64,000 bases of DNA from the human T2T-CHM13v2.0 reference genome, Homo sapiens (GCF_009914755.1 NC_060929.1), one strand, 5' to 3'. Shown: positions 1 to 35,527, counted from the first letter of the stretch. The notes: generated by a model from the letters alone, not told the origin. Numbers and translations: made by a program.

Positions 1-60
1 TACCCGAGGTCAGGAGTTTGAAAGAGTCCAGAGGTTAGTTTTATTTGTATTTGAACTTTA

Positions 61-1840
<1,780 letters not shown>

Positions 1841-1849
1841 AATTCTTTA

Positions 1850-9330
<7,481 letters not shown>

Positions 9331-9334
9331 TGGC

Positions 9335-12300
9335 TTATCAGTTTGAGTACTCCAAAAAACAAATACCAAGAAGAGGGTTCTAAGAGATTATAATGTTGTA
9401 AGGAAAAATGGGAAGGGAGCCAGGGGAAGCTAGGAGAATCATATAATTGCAATGCAGGTCTGACCCTTTTGAAAGAGAAAAGAAAGGAAAGTTGAGTGGA
9501 AGACATTTAGACTGCACTGCAGTTCTGAGGAAGTTTGGAAATCTGATGGGGAATCCTCAAGCCAAAGTCTCCCATCAGAGGCATTCTGCATTTCTCAGGA
9601 ATAGGCCTGCCTTCATATGCCTGAGAAAGTCATTAGCTGGGAGTTAACACATGGGAAGCATGGCCTTACTGCAAATGTGGAGATGGATTTCAGAGTGCAG
9701 CAGCTGGGCCCATTAGTCAATTATGCTCTTCACAGTTAGACACGTTACAGACACATTTTTTAGGCCACCAAATATTCACCCCTTGCATCAAACAGATATA
9801 CATCTCCTCAAAATTCAGAGACAGGCTCCTCCATGATGCCTATTATCCTTTCTTCCTGGGGGGAAACTAAGAATAGAGAGAATAATGAGACAAACTACAG
9901 TCCTCATCACTGCAGTTGATCTAAGCGCTGCACCTGGTCTTTACCCTCTCCCTCCTCCAGTGATTCATTCTGAATTTCCTCACTCACAGCCATCATTTCA
10001 GCAGGTCTTGGTGCCTTACCTAGTGGTGTGATCCAAACCTCCATTCCTGGGAAATCTGAACTCTTAGTAATCATACCCTTTTCAGTCTCAGGTTGCCACA
10101 CGTGTTCATTCACAGTTCCAGTGGTTCAAGGCACTCAAATGGATAATGGGTTGGACACATTTGCCACCCTTCCCCCTTCATGTAACAGTAGTCCTACTTC
10201 CTCCTGCTGATCAAGGCCAATTACCCTTCCCAGTATGGTGACTTCTTTTCTTGCCTGCTAGACCCTGGACACAAAGAATTCAAAATGCCATTGTGGAAAT
10301 TGCAACTTTACGTTAAATGGAACTCTTGCTGTGTGCGACCTCTAGCAAGATTATGCCCCTTTTTGAAACCAAGAACTCCAATTCTGTCAAAGCCCAGGAT
10401 TGCAGGGACGAGAAGTACAAAATCTCCCAGTTGGGACATGAATCCCCATTTTGGGAGTAATAATAAGAGGAGCCACTCCTGCTTCCATGCCCTGACTTCC
10501 AGACCCATGTGTTTTTTCCCCCTGGGGATATAATATCCTAAAAAAGTCTGCATATATATCCTGCATCCGGAAGATTGGCACATTATCTTTTCAGAATATT
10601 TCCTCTGAGCTAGCACTTCATCTGTACTTACAAAGGCTGATCCAGTGTTCTATAAGGCTGGCTGCTTTAGGATGGTACATGTGATATTGCCAATGAATCC
10701 CATGGTCATGAAACTACTCCACACCCTCTTCACTGTAAAGTGGTTGGATGCTATGTTGTGTGGAATTCCATGCCTATGAATTATTCTGTAAGCCCCAGAG
10801 AAGCTGAGAATCTTTAGGCAGGAAGTATAAGACCATACTCAGAATAAGTATCTATACCTGGTGAAGATAAAACTCTTGCTCTTTTGGGTTGAAAGAAGTC
10901 TGATATACTTGACTTGGCACCAACTAGCTGGTTGGTCTCTTCAGAGAACAGTGCTGTGTTAGGGGTTCAACATTAGTCTCTGCTGCTGTAGTTTTCAGTG
11001 TCCAAATCTTCAACCTCATTTCACCAGGCCTGTGAATGATGGTGAATGATGTGTCCTCTGGGTCCTCCCATGATTCTCTGGTTAGATGTCTGGTCTTACA
11101 TTACACATCTATTCCAGCATGCCTACTTTCCTAAGCCTCTTTAACCTTTCCTGTGCCATCTGTAAGGGCAACTCAGACCTTTCCATTTCCCTGAGTGTTA
11201 GCCACAGCATTTTCCAAGCTTCTAAAAGCCACCTCAGCAGTGAATTTGCCTTATCCCCTAAGGTCCTTGCAAGGGTGTTAAATCCCATGTCCTGAGATAG
11301 TACTCCTGAGTAAATTAATTCTTGCTTATCTATGCTTACATTCTAGTCCCCTTGATCAAACACCCTAAAAATCTAATTCCAAGGATACATCCCTGGCTCC
11401 TGCTAGTATGCTAGCTAATTCCTGCAATTCTTTTGATATAAGTCTCTTTTCTTCCCTTATCAGGCCCAGCATGTTTTCAACAAAGTTACGCTAGGATTTA
11501 GCCTAAGTTATTGGCTTGGCAGCCAAAAGTTGGGGCAGCTACTGAGATGAGCACCTGCAGCATCATACAGCAAAATATTAAGTGTTAGTTCTTACAAGGG
11601 CTTACAAGCCATCTCTGCAAGCCCAGGGAGTGCAAGGGCTGCAGTGCTAGCATTCTTAGGGGCATTCGATGAGATGTCCCCATTCCATGTTTCAGGGTCC
11701 CAGGTTATCCCCACTAGGTCCTGACCTTTGTATAATAGGGCTGCTGGGCATTCAAATGTCTCATGTCTCTGAAGTTCTGCAACTCTAACAATTAGATCTT
11801 CATCCTACTGCTCACGTGTGTCTGCTCTTCCACTGCAGTACATAAGGAGCTCTTTGTAAGATGATACCACGAAACCATCTGGCTTAGCCATTAACTGCTC
11901 AAGAGCTTTCAGTTTCTGATTATCCCACTGCAAGGCATCAATACAACTCAGCAGTAAGCAATTCACCCATCTTTGGAGGTAATCTCCTTCCTCCTCCAAA
12001 ATCTTTCTCTGCCTGCATCATCACACCTTACACAGAACTTCCCTCTACCACATCATTTTCCAGGTTGCCACCTGTGAAATCTTTAGTTGCTGAGCTCTGG
12101 TTTATGCTAGTGTCTATCCATGTCCCACGTACCAGTCAGAATGATGTTCTCTTTGCCTGTCAGGAGGTGAGTAAGCCAGTCCCAGATCCCATCTTACTGC
12201 CTATTTTCTTGGACCATTCACTGTTGGTACCACTTGTGTTAGCTCAAGTCCCCTAAGAAACAGATGGCAAGAGATTAGATATACAAGAGATTTACTGGGA

Positions 12301-12659
12301 GAAATACCTGTGAGAAAACTGGGAAAGGAGCCAGGGGAATCTAGGAAAGGCATCAGACTGTAATGTATGTCTGACCTTTGTGAAGGAAAGAAAAGAAAGG
12401 TTGAGTGGAAGCAACTTACACTGCAGTGCATTTCTAAGGAAGTTTGGCGATGCCAGTGAATAATCTTTGAACCAAAATTTTGAGTTTTCCATCTTCCAAG
12501 AATGGGCTTTCCTCAGTATCCCTGTGCCTAGTCACTGACTGTAAGCAGCAGCCATGGGAAGATTCCTTAGTATGAACATGGTGATGAACAGGGCCCATAG
12601 GTCAAAATTACATTCCCTGCAGTTGGAGGTCTGAGAGGTCTATTTTCATGGCTGCCACA
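9335..12659 (-). mobile_element. ERVL-class provirus with two LTRs (LTR16-like; internal HERV16/ERV3-16A3-like), internally deleted
   Basis: Homologous LTRs at about 9335-9770 and 12235-12659 (shared gtctgacc..ttg, aaagg..ttgagtggaag, ggaagtttgg, ccacca/ccaca ends). PBS-like tggtacca follows the right LTR and PPT aaggggtg precedes the left LTR on the minus strand. dUTPase-like remnant near 10175-10330. Confidence 0.85.
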
Positions 12660-18582
<5,923 letters not shown>

Positions 18583-19994
18583 AGTATTACTGATCATTTT
18601 TAACATTATTCCTTAATTCTTCAATAAGTCTCCAAACTACCAAGGTCATTTTGAATTTAAATTATTTGTTCCATACACATTAAGGTACATAATCATATAA
18701 AGGCACTGGGGGTTGGGTGATAACGGTTTGACAACTCTAACTTCCAAGAACTAATAGTTTTGTTGATGACACACACAAATTAAGAGGTAACTAGCATCAC
18801 AAAGCAGGATGTAAAACATAGTATAAACAATGGAATATGGGAACCTAGAAAAAAAGGAGATTGCCTTTCATAGGAAGAGTCCAGGTCACGCAAGGAAGAC
18901 TACATAAGCTTAAACATGAAAAATTAATACAATTTGGGAGGATCAAAATTTGTTAGAGTAAGTCAAGTAGGCCTGATGACTGAATGGCTATCAGATACAT
19001 GGAAGCTGAAAAAATTAAGTTAATGCCAAGTTTCAAGCCAAGGAAAACAATAGTACTACTTTTAAAAACAAGAAAAGCTAAGAGAGAAAGATGGTTTGGG
19101 GAGAAATTAATACAGTTTAGATATGGTAAGTGTTTTAGTCTGTTTTCTCGCTGCTGATAAAGACATACCTGAGACTGGACAATTTACAAAAGAAAGAGGT
19201 TTATTGGACTTACAGTTGCACATGGCTGGGGAGGCTTCACAATCATGGTGGAAGGCAAGGAGCAGCAAGTCACATCTTACGTGGATGGCAGCATGCAAAG
19301 AGAGAGCTTGTGCAGGATAACGCCCCCTTGTAATAACCATCAGATCTCATGAGACTTATTATCACAAGAACAGCATGGAAAAAAACCTGCCTCCAAGATT
19401 CAATTACCTCCCACCAAGTCCTTCCCACAACACATGGGAATTCAAGATGAGATTTGTGTGGGTACACAGCCAAACCATATCATTCCACCCCTGGCCCCTC
19501 CCAAATCTCATATCCTCACATTTCAGAATAAATCATGCCCTCCCAACAGTCCCCCAAAGTCTTAACTCATTTCAGCATTAACTCAAAAGTCTACTCAAAA
19601 GTCCACTTGCCTTATCTGAGATAAGGCAAGTCCCTTCCATCTATGAGCCTATAAAATCAAAAGCAAGTTATTTACTTCCTAGATACAATGGAGGTACAGG
19701 CATTGGATAAATACAGCCATTCTGAATGGGAGACATTGGCGAAAACAAAGGGGCTACAGGTCCCATGCAAATCCAAAATCCAGTGGAGCAGTCAATTATT
19801 AAAGCTCCAAAATGATCTCCTTTGACTTCATGTCTCACAACCAGGTCACACTAATGCAAGAGGTGGGTTCCCATGGTCATGGGAAGCTCCACCTCTATGG
19901 CTTTGCAGGGTACAGCCTCCCTCCTGGCTGCTTTCATGGGCTGGCATTGAGTGTCTGCAGCTTTTCCAGGCACACAGTGCAAGCAGTCAGTGAA

Positions 19995-20978
19995 TAGTGG
20001 GGGAACCAGCCCCCAATATTTCAACGTAGGTTCTTTTCTATTTTCCCTAAGTGTTGGTCTGTCTGAGAAATAGAGAAAGAGTACAAAAGAGAGAAATTTT
20101 ACAGCTGGGCCTCCGGGGGTGACATCACCTATTGGTAGGCTCTGTGATGCCCCCTGAGCTGCAAAACCAGCAAGCTTTTATTAGGAATTTCAAAAGGGGA
20201 GGGGGATACGAACAGGGAGTAAGTCACAAAGATCACATGCTTGAAAGGGCAATAAAAGATCACAAGGGCAGAGAGGCAGAGCAAGATTACAAGGCCAGGT
20301 GAAATTAGAATTACTGATGAGGTTCCATGTCCTGCTGGGCACACAGTGTCACTGATAAACATCTTAACAGGAAAGAGGGTTCAAGAGCAGACAACCGGTC
20401 TGACTAGAATTCGCCAGGCTGGAATTTCCTAATCCTAGCAAGCCTGAGGGCACTGCAGGAGACCAGGGCGTATTTCATCCCTTATCTTCAACTGCACAAG
20501 ACAGATACTCCCAGAGCAGCCATTTTAGAGACCTCCCCCTGGGAAGGCATTCCTTTCCCAGGGTTATTCCTTGCTGGGAAAAGAATTAAGCAATATTTCT
20601 CCTATTCGCTTTCTGCAAGAAGAGAAATATGACTCTGTTCTGCCTGGCCCCACAGGCAGTCAGACCTTATGGTTATCTCCCTTGTTCCCTGAAAACCACT
20701 GTTATCCTATTCTTTTTTAGGATGCCCAGATTTCATATTGTTCAAACACACGTTTTACAAACAATTTGTGCAGTTAACGCAATCATCACAAAGTCCCGAG
20801 GCGACATACATCCTCAGCTTACGAAGATGATGGGATTAAGAGATTAAAGACAGGCATAGGAAATTATAAGAGTATTGATTGGGGAAGTGATAAATGTCCA
20901 TGAAATCTTCACAATTTATGTTCTTCTGCCATGGCTTCAGCCGGTCCCTCCGTTCGGGGCCCCTGACTTCCCGTAACA
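19995..20978 (-). mobile_element. MER11 solo LTR (HERV-K HML8 group) nested in THE1-int
   Basis: Minus strand starts TGTTACGGGAAGTCAGGGGCCCCGAACGGAGGGACCGGCTGAAGCCATGGCAGAAGAACATAAATTGTGAAG. About 1 kb. 6-bp TSD agtgaa/agtgag at 19989-19994 and 20979-20984. Confidence 0.88.
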
Positions 20979-21680
20979 AGTGAGTCTACCATTCTGGGGT
21001 CTGGAGGACAGTGGCCCTCTTCTCACAGCTCCACTAGGCGGTGCCCCAGTAGGGACTCTGTGTGGGGGCTCCAACCCCACATTTCCCTTTTGCACTACCC
21101 CAGCAGATGTTCTCCATGAGGGCCCCACCCCTGCAGCAAACTTCTTCCTGGACATCCAGGCATTTCCATACATCTTCTGAAATCTTGGCGGAGGTTCCCA
21201 AACCCCAATTCTTGACTTCTGTGCACTCACAGGCTCAACACTACAGGGAAGCTGCCAAGGCTTGGGGCTTGCTCCTCTGAAGCCACAGGCCAAGCTCTAC
21301 ATTGGCCCCCTTCAGCCATGGCTGGAGCAGCTGGGACACAGGGCACCAAGTCCCTTGGCTGCACACAGCATGGGGACCCTGGGCCTTTCCTCCTAGGCCT
21401 CTGGGTCTGTAATGGGAGGGGCTGCCGCAAACGTCTCTGACATGTCCTGGAGACATTTTCCCCATTGTCTTGGGGATTAACAGTCAGCTCCTCATTGCTT
21501 TTGCAAATTTCTGCAGCTGGCTTGAATTTCTCCTCAGAAAATGGGATTTTATTATCTATTGCATTGTCAGGCTGCAAATTTTCTGAACTTTTATGCTTTG
21601 CTTCCCTTATAAAACTGAATGCCTTTAATAGCATCCAAGTCACCTCTTGAATGCTTTGCTGCTTAGAAATTTCTTCCACC

Positions 21681-22004
<324 letters not shown>

Positions 22005-23753
22005 TTACCCTAAATCACCTCTCTCAAGTTCAAAGTTCCACAATCTCTAGTGCAGGGGCAAAATGCTGCCAATCTCTTTGCTAAAACATAACAAGAGTCA
22101 CCTTTGCTCCAGTTCCCAACAAGTTCCTCATCTCTATCTGAGACCACCTCAGCTTGGATTTTATTGTCCATATCATGATCAAGCTTCTGGTCAAAGCCAT
22201 TCAACAAGTCTCTAGAAAGTTCCAAACTTTCCCACATTTTCCTGTCTTCTTCTGAGCTCTCCAAACTGTTCAAACCTCTGCCTGTTACCCAGTTCCAAAG
22301 TTGCTTCCACATTTTTGGGTATCTTTTCAGCAATGCCCCACTCTACTGGTACCAATTCACTGTATTGGTCTGTCTTCATGCCGCTGATAAAGACGTACCT
22401 GAGACTGGACAATTTACAAAAGAAAGAGGTTTATTAGACTTACAGTTCCACATGGCTGGGGAGGCTTCACAATCATGGTGGAAGGCAAGGAACAGCAAGT
22501 CATGTCTTACATGGATGGCAGCATGCAAAAAGAGAGGGAGCTTGTGCAGGAAAACTCCCCCTTGTAATAACCATCAGATCTCATGAGACTTACTATTATG
22601 AGAACAGCACAGGAAAGACCTGCCCCCATGATTCAATTACCTCCCACCAGGTCCCTCCTACAACACGTGGGAATTCAAGATGAGATTTGTGTGGGGACAC
22701 AGCCAAACCCTATCAGTAAGGCTGAAGAAACAGCAAAATGATAAAGTGGAAACATTTAGCAAACATATAGAGACTGTAGCTTCAGGTAAATGTCTGTGGA
22801 AGAACTACAAATTTTGGAGAAATACCCTCAGAGGTGGTAGCCAAGCTGTAAGAGTAACATACTTCTCTCAAGGAACAGGGAAGAGTGGAGGCCTTAAGAA
22901 CTGCCAGGGAAACAGGTAGGAAGAAAAATTATCAGTAGAACAGAAAAGCACTTAGAATTAAGAAGAAAATGATGACATGTGACAAAAAAGAAGGCGCGCT
23001 TTGAGGAGGAAAAGATGATTCATAGTGTGAAATGTGACACAAAGATCAGGAAAAATAAGGATTTTTTAAAAGTCACTGAATTTGACAATTAGGTGATAAC
23101 TGGTGCCCATCAAAAGCAAGTTTTTATTACTCTGGTGAAAACAGAACCCTGACTCAATTATTTAATGGATCGAATTTTAATTTTATTCTTCAAGGGGTGT
23201 TAAACACAAGAGAGTGTTCCCTATCCTTGTGACTCTATTCTGTGTTCCTTCTTCCAAAGGAAAGGTAATGAGTGCCACACAGCAGCAACCCACTGAGCAA
23301 CCAGTTGTATCCCCTTTCACTTATGACAACTTCACGTGGTCAAAGGACTTAGAGCCAAGACTCCCAATCATCACATGGATGCTACCCAACAGATTTCAAG
23401 ACCTAGCCAATTGATTGCCAATTCAGCTGCCCCTGCCACTGCCATTGCCATAACCTACTTGTTTGCATGAGTTTTGGTGGCTATGGAGAACCAAATAGGA
23501 GCAATCCTATCAGCAGAGGCATATTTATTGAAAGCCAATGTAGTCCCTCACTTGCACAGGCTGCACCCAAAGCCATGGAAACAGCCCTTCTAATTTTGCC
23601 TTTGAAATTTTGTGTTTCCTCCTCAAAAAGAGCCCTCATTTAAAAGTATCAGCTTCCATAAAACCTGGATCTGCCTAAATTAACCAGTAACTCATCTTCT
23701 CGACACCTTACCACAGCTATGTTTGTAACTTTACTTTTTTTTTTTTTTTTTGA

Positions 23754-24058
<305 letters not shown>

Positions 24059-24539
24059 TAACACTCAAAAACTCTGAGAAAATCCAATGTAACCCCAAAT
24101 GATAAAAGTTGGAAAGTGTTGAGCTAAACTTGCTTTTCTCAGGGTGGAAAAGAATTACAGTACTAGTATCTCTTTTTTGACATGGTACAACTCTAACTGG
24201 GTCTCCAGAGATTAATTTTCTTCCAAACCACAATAGCGGACACATTATACAGCTCTCTTTTAAAACTGTAAATGCCATGTTTTTTCTTGTATTTAATGAA
24301 ACACTTTATGCCTGCAGAACAGATAACTCATGCCAACTTTATGTCTAAATAAATGGTGACCAGTGCACAGATACCCTAGGAGTTTCACAGGCAGTATGCA
24401 ACAAGAGTAGAGGACACTTTCAGACCTAATTTATTCCCAAAGGGAATTAAGTCAGGATAAACTCAGATAACTCGCATAACAAAACTTAAAGACCATAATT
24501 CTTCATCCTTGAAGAAGACACAGAGACCCAGTGAACTAC

Positions 24540-24745
24540 TAAATTTCATCACTACAAACCCACTGTGTCCTGTGTGTGTTAAACCTTGAGTCCTCACAAT
24601 ATCTCTAGGATAAGCTATTTTGTCCCCATTATCCAGCTGGGAAAACTGAGGCAGCAAAGCACCAAACAGGTTTCCAATGAAGAGGTGATAAAAGCATCTG
24701 CCTTCTAACTCAGGTAATCTGATACTAATCTGGACTCTCATAATA
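24540..24745. mobile_element. MIR fragment
   Basis: Core-like tgtccccattatccagctgggaaaactgaggc. Confidence 0.6.
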
Positions 24746-25799
24746 TGTGACTTTAAATAAAAATGGAATGTTTGTTCAATAAACTTTTTTTTTTTTTAAA
24801 GAACCAGCCTGGCCAATATAGTGAGGCCCTGTCTGTATGAAAAATTTAAAAATGAGCCCAGCATGGTGGTGAACACCTGTACTCCCAACTATTCAGGAGG
24901 CTGAGGCAAGAGGATTGCTTGAGCCCAGGAATTTGAGGCTGCAGTAAGTTATGATCATGTTACTGTAGTTCAGCCTAGACAGCAGAGCAAGACCCTGTCT
25001 CATAAAAAAAAAAAAAAAAAAGGAAAGAAAAAGAAAAGAAAAAATCCCCAGGAGTTTGCAGGTACACTTTCAATAAATATTCTGATACCATCACATTTTC
25101 TATTTGAAGAATAGAGAGAAATTAAAGAAACCAATTTTCCAAACTCAACAACAATCCAAGGAATCCAACAATATTGATGGCAGAATTATTATATAATAAA
25201 TCCTGTTGTTAAAGTAATTTCATGAGGCATCAGATGCTTTTAACATTATAATAATACTGTTCAATGTAATAATGAGTAGCCACAAAGAAATTACTCAGAG
25301 ATGCCCAAGAGTAAATGTTGCCTGAAATGTGTATAATCTAGGTCTTGGTTTGAAATGTCCTGAGACTTTGGAGGAAACCAAATTCCTAGCTTGCACTTTT
25401 GTTGCATTTCTCATCTAGGGGATTTAGACCAAAAAGCACAGCTGTATTAGCACCCCATCTTCATACATTAGTTCGTCCAACAGGAGACCAAATGGCTTGT
25501 CCTCTGTTAGGGTCAGAGGGTGACTCCAGCTCTTGAAAATGCTGGACTGTGGGCTCCCTCTGGAGGATACTATGATAATCTGACTTCGAAGAGAATTTCA
25601 GGATCATCCTCACTCTCTTGAGCAAGAGGGGCATACAGACCATGTAACAGCTACTGGAAACAATCAATACAAAGTACTGTTATCCAGAAAATGAAATTAA
25701 TACTAACATGATACACAGTGCATATTCTACCCCACCGGTAAAATTATATTTCATTCTTCTGTTTTTTTTCCTCAAGTGACTTACTATGTGGAGTGCTTA

Positions 25800-27245
<1,446 letters not shown>

Positions 27246-27450
27246 GTGTGAACTACGAAACATCATATCTCTTGCTTTCCCATTGTTTACAGATTCATCA
27301 AACTATTATTAAGAGAAACTAACCAGGCTGGGGACAGTGGCTTACGCCTGTAATCCCAGCACTCTGGGAGGCTGAGGCAGGCAGATAGATCACCTGAGGT
27401 CAGGAGTTCGAGACGAGCCTGGCCAATATGGTGAAACCTCGTCTCTACTA

Positions 27451-27729
<279 letters not shown>

Positions 27730-27749
27730 TCAGGCATGTGATAACAGGT

Positions 27750-31230
<3,481 letters not shown>

Positions 31231-31351
31231 TGAAAATGGACAATCTTTGACATTGGAGTAAGGATCAACAAATATATGAATACAACAGGCAATCAGCAGA
31301 TTTATACCTGTTGAACCTACCACAGGAATAACTCTTGATTTCCCTAGAGGA

Positions 31352-31377
31352 GCAATTACTTTTGCACCAACCTAATA
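31352..31377. mobile_element. MADE1/Hsmar1 terminal inverted repeat fragment (right end plus TA)
   Basis: gcaattacttttgcaccaacctaata matches the MADE1 end. Confidence 0.75.
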
Positions 31378-31711
31378 GTTGCTGAGGCCACCAGGGAGTC
31401 TGTTAGAAAGGTATATTATGTATAATGTCCTCAGCTATCAATTCTAATCAAGCTTTTTTGAGATTAACAGAGATCACAATATTATAATAAGTTATGTTTT
31501 CCTTTGTTTTTCATGTTTCTTTAGTAAATATAAAATGAGGTAGAGTCCTGGTAAAACACCAGTTAATCCAATTTTATTATTTTTTGAAGAACAGGAAGAT
31601 TCAGAATTTTGGTAGTGCTGGGTTGTACATTGTATACTTTATGAAATAGAACAAGTCTGTACCACATAGAAGGCATTATGAGATGGAACTAGGAAACTAG
31701 AAGAATGCTGA

Positions 31712-31953
<242 letters not shown>

Positions 31954-32032
31954 TGATCTGCCTGCCTCGGCCTCCCAAAGTGCTGGGATTACAGGCGTGA
32001 GCCACCACACCCAGCTGAGTGCTGACAATTAT

Positions 32033-32598
32033 TTAAGAGAATATGTCATCCAAAAGACCACCAAGATGGCTAAATAGTAGAAAAAAGGAATTTTATTGGT
32101 GATACCAGTTTGCAAACCAGGAAAAGACAATCTCCAGCATGGACTGAAGGTGCTTTCTCTTCAAAGAGGAAAAGAGCAGGTTGGGTTTTATGCCTTACAC
32201 GGCCTGTACAACACAAGACAGTCATACATATTCAGCAGATTTGCAGGGAAAGTTTTACATATTTATGAGAGGAACAGAGCACATGTGCAACGGGCAAACA
32301 CATATAAATATAATATACATCCCATGTTCACTTTGGAATGGGACTTTAAGCATTAAGATGAGGTAGAATTTGTCTCTTTACATCAAAAGGTGAACTATAA
32401 GACATAAAGACAGTTTGTGCAGCCTCTATAAACTGGCTGAAACTTACTTAAGGTCTATAGTTGCTTATCAGGAAAGAATGTTTGCGTCAAGGCGTGCTGG
32501 CTCATGCTTGTAATCCCAAAACTTTGGGAGGCCAAGGTGAAAGGACTGCTTGAGGTCAGGAGTTCAAGACCAGCCTGGGCAGCAGAACAAGACCCTGT

Positions 32599-32648
<50 letters not shown>

Positions 32649-32765
32649 GCACACACACGGATCTCTATTCATTCAGAGGTGTAGTAGTCTAGGTTGTAAA
32701 TCAGGATTAGGAATTTGCCTGACAGCTCCTGTTGTTAGGGAGTTTAGCAAGAGTGTGGTTTTTCT

Positions 32766-32797
<32 letters not shown>

Positions 32798-33231
32798 TGA
32801 GACTTGGTCTCACTCTTGTCTTCCAGGCTGGAGTGCAGTGGCCCCATCCAGCTCACTGCAACCTCTGCCTCCCGGATTCAAGTGATTCTCCTGCCTCAGG
32901 CTCCCGAGTAGCTGGGATTACAGGCGTGCACCACCACACCTGGCTAATTTTTGTATTTTTACTAGAGACAGGGTTTTGCCATGTTGGTCAGGCTGGTTTC
33001 GAAGTCCTGACCTCAGGTGATCCGCCTGCCTTGGCCTCCCAAAGTGCTGGGATTATAGGCGTGAGCCACCGTGCCCAGCAAGAGTGTGATTTTTCTTACA
33101 GCCTAGGAATTTAGAAAGTTGTCATGCGAGCTGAGCCCTAAACCCTCAACCCAGAGGTAATTTTTGTTTCCTTAACGTTAGGGTCCATCTTAGTTGATAA
33201 AGCGGCACCTATTTTGGTCCCTCAGATCACA
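32033..33231 (-). mobile_element. ERV1 (MER4-group-like) solo LTR, family unresolved, carrying an Alu monomer with a (CA)n tail and a full Alu (about 32760-33079)
   Basis: Minus strand starts TGTGATCTGAGGGACCAAAATAGG and has an AATAAA near 32092-32097. The inner Alu has TSD gcaagagtgtg.tttttct. Confidence 0.55.
32604..32658. repeat. (CA)n microsatellite as the tail of an Alu monomer
   Basis: Direct reading of the sequence. Confidence 0.95.
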
Positions 33232-33388
33232 GATAAAACAATTTAACATTTGAATACCACATTATTTTTAAATATTTTATAAACATTATATATTTTCTTT
33301 ATTTTTAGACCAGAGATGCTGCTAAATTATAAATAAGTGCTTTCATTGCTGACCAACAGAACATATTTTTAACCATGTAATGTAATGA

Positions 33389-33690
<302 letters not shown>

Positions 33691-33713
33691 TGAGCCACTG
33701 TGCCCAACCATGA

Positions 33714-34001
<288 letters not shown>

Positions 34002-34096
34002 TGATCCGCCTGCCTCAGCCTCCCAAAGTGTTGGGATTACAGGCATGAGCCATTGCACCCAGCCATGAATAGCTTTTAAAACAACGGCTCAAATAT

Positions 34097-34102
34097 TTTA
34101 TT
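34097..34102 (-). terminator. Polyadenylation signal AATAAA for CDKL3 terminal exon B
   Basis: Plus-strand TTTATT about 380 nt past the stop, at the end of the non-repetitive UTR segment. Confidence 0.6.
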
Positions 34103-34481
34103 AAGAACTCATTTAAAGAGGCCTGTGTGTTATAGGAGATAACTGACTCGAAGTTATGTGGCTACAAGAAGGCAGAGATCATTAAGTATAAGTACAGTTT
34201 GTATCATGTCACGGCTTGTGTTATCCACTCAGTAATCATGGCAAAAAAAAGAAGTAGGCAGAGAAGAGATGACTTTATAATTCCAAATCAAATTATCACA
34301 TCAACAGAGTCTTAAAAGGGAAAAGAAAACAGTAAATGTTTTGCTAACAAAAAAAGCTGGATGATGCTCATGCACATGGATGGCTGTCTTAACAACAACT
34401 CACATCACACTTCTATTGTAGATAAATAAAACGGGAAGAGTTGTCATCTTGTATTTTTTGGACTATGTAAAAGAAAAGACA

Positions 34482-34541
34482 CTACCAGAAAAAAAACCTG
34501 TTTCTCTTCAAATTCTTCCCCTCGCAATGGCCATCTCCACC
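34482..34541 (-). CDS. CDKL3: CDKL3 terminal coding exon B
   Basis: gtttctaattttag|GGT GGA GAT... in phase 0 gives GGDGHCEGKNLKRNRFFFW*, the C-terminus I recall for long CDKL3. A unique-sequence 3' UTR follows to about 34080. Confidence 0.88.
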   Translation of the reverse strand, partial: GGDGHCEGKNLKRNRFFFW

Positions 34542-34624
34542 CTAAAATTAGAAACCAAGCTAGTAAGAATCAGGGACTGGAATGTAAATATATGCTACCA
34601 AAACTCTGACTTTATTAATGCTAA

Positions 34625-34831
<207 letters not shown>

Positions 34832-35281
34832 TAGCTGGGATTACAGGTGCACGCCACAATGTCCGGCTAATTTTTTGCATTTTTAGTAGAGATGGGGTTT
34901 CACCATGCTGGCCAGACTGGTCTCGAACTCCTGGCCTCATGATCCACCTGCCTCGGCCACCCAAAGTGCTGGGATTACAGGCGTGAGCCACCATGCCCGA
35001 CCAATTTCCATCCTTTTAAACAATCTTCATGATATGTTTAAATGCTGCTCCAGAAAGTTCAGTGTAAAGCCAAACCCATGTTACATGGTTATCAAGTATA
35101 TTTGTTTGCTCAGAAATGTTTGGTGTTCCCAGACATCAGGATCTTACTTTATCACATATTTAGAAACTTTTCCTTCTGTAATTATAAAGCCCTAAACCAA
35201 TGCTAAGAATGACCACTCATCAAGTATGATTGAAATAATAGGTGATCAAATAAAATTATATGACTAAATGTAAGCTGCAAT

Positions 35282-35287
35282 TTTATT
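35282..35287 (-). terminator. Candidate polyadenylation signal for terminal exon A
   Basis: Plus-strand TTTATT about 240 nt past the TAG. Context is AT-rich, so chance occurrence is possible. Confidence 0.4.
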
Positions 35288-35527
35288 AGGATGTACCAGT
35301 CAGGTAGTTTTTATAAATTCATGTTCAAATTAAGAAAACATGAATAATTTAAAGATTAATAAATTTAAAAACAAATTTAGGTGAATGTACATATAACTAA
35401 CAGGATTTACGATATACCTGTAAAATTATCTAGTTAGCATTTTTGTGTATGTAACATTAATAAAAAGGATTTTTAAAAAACCATACAGTGATTCTGGGAT
35501 TCCCTGAATTTTCAGCTGCTGCATTTT

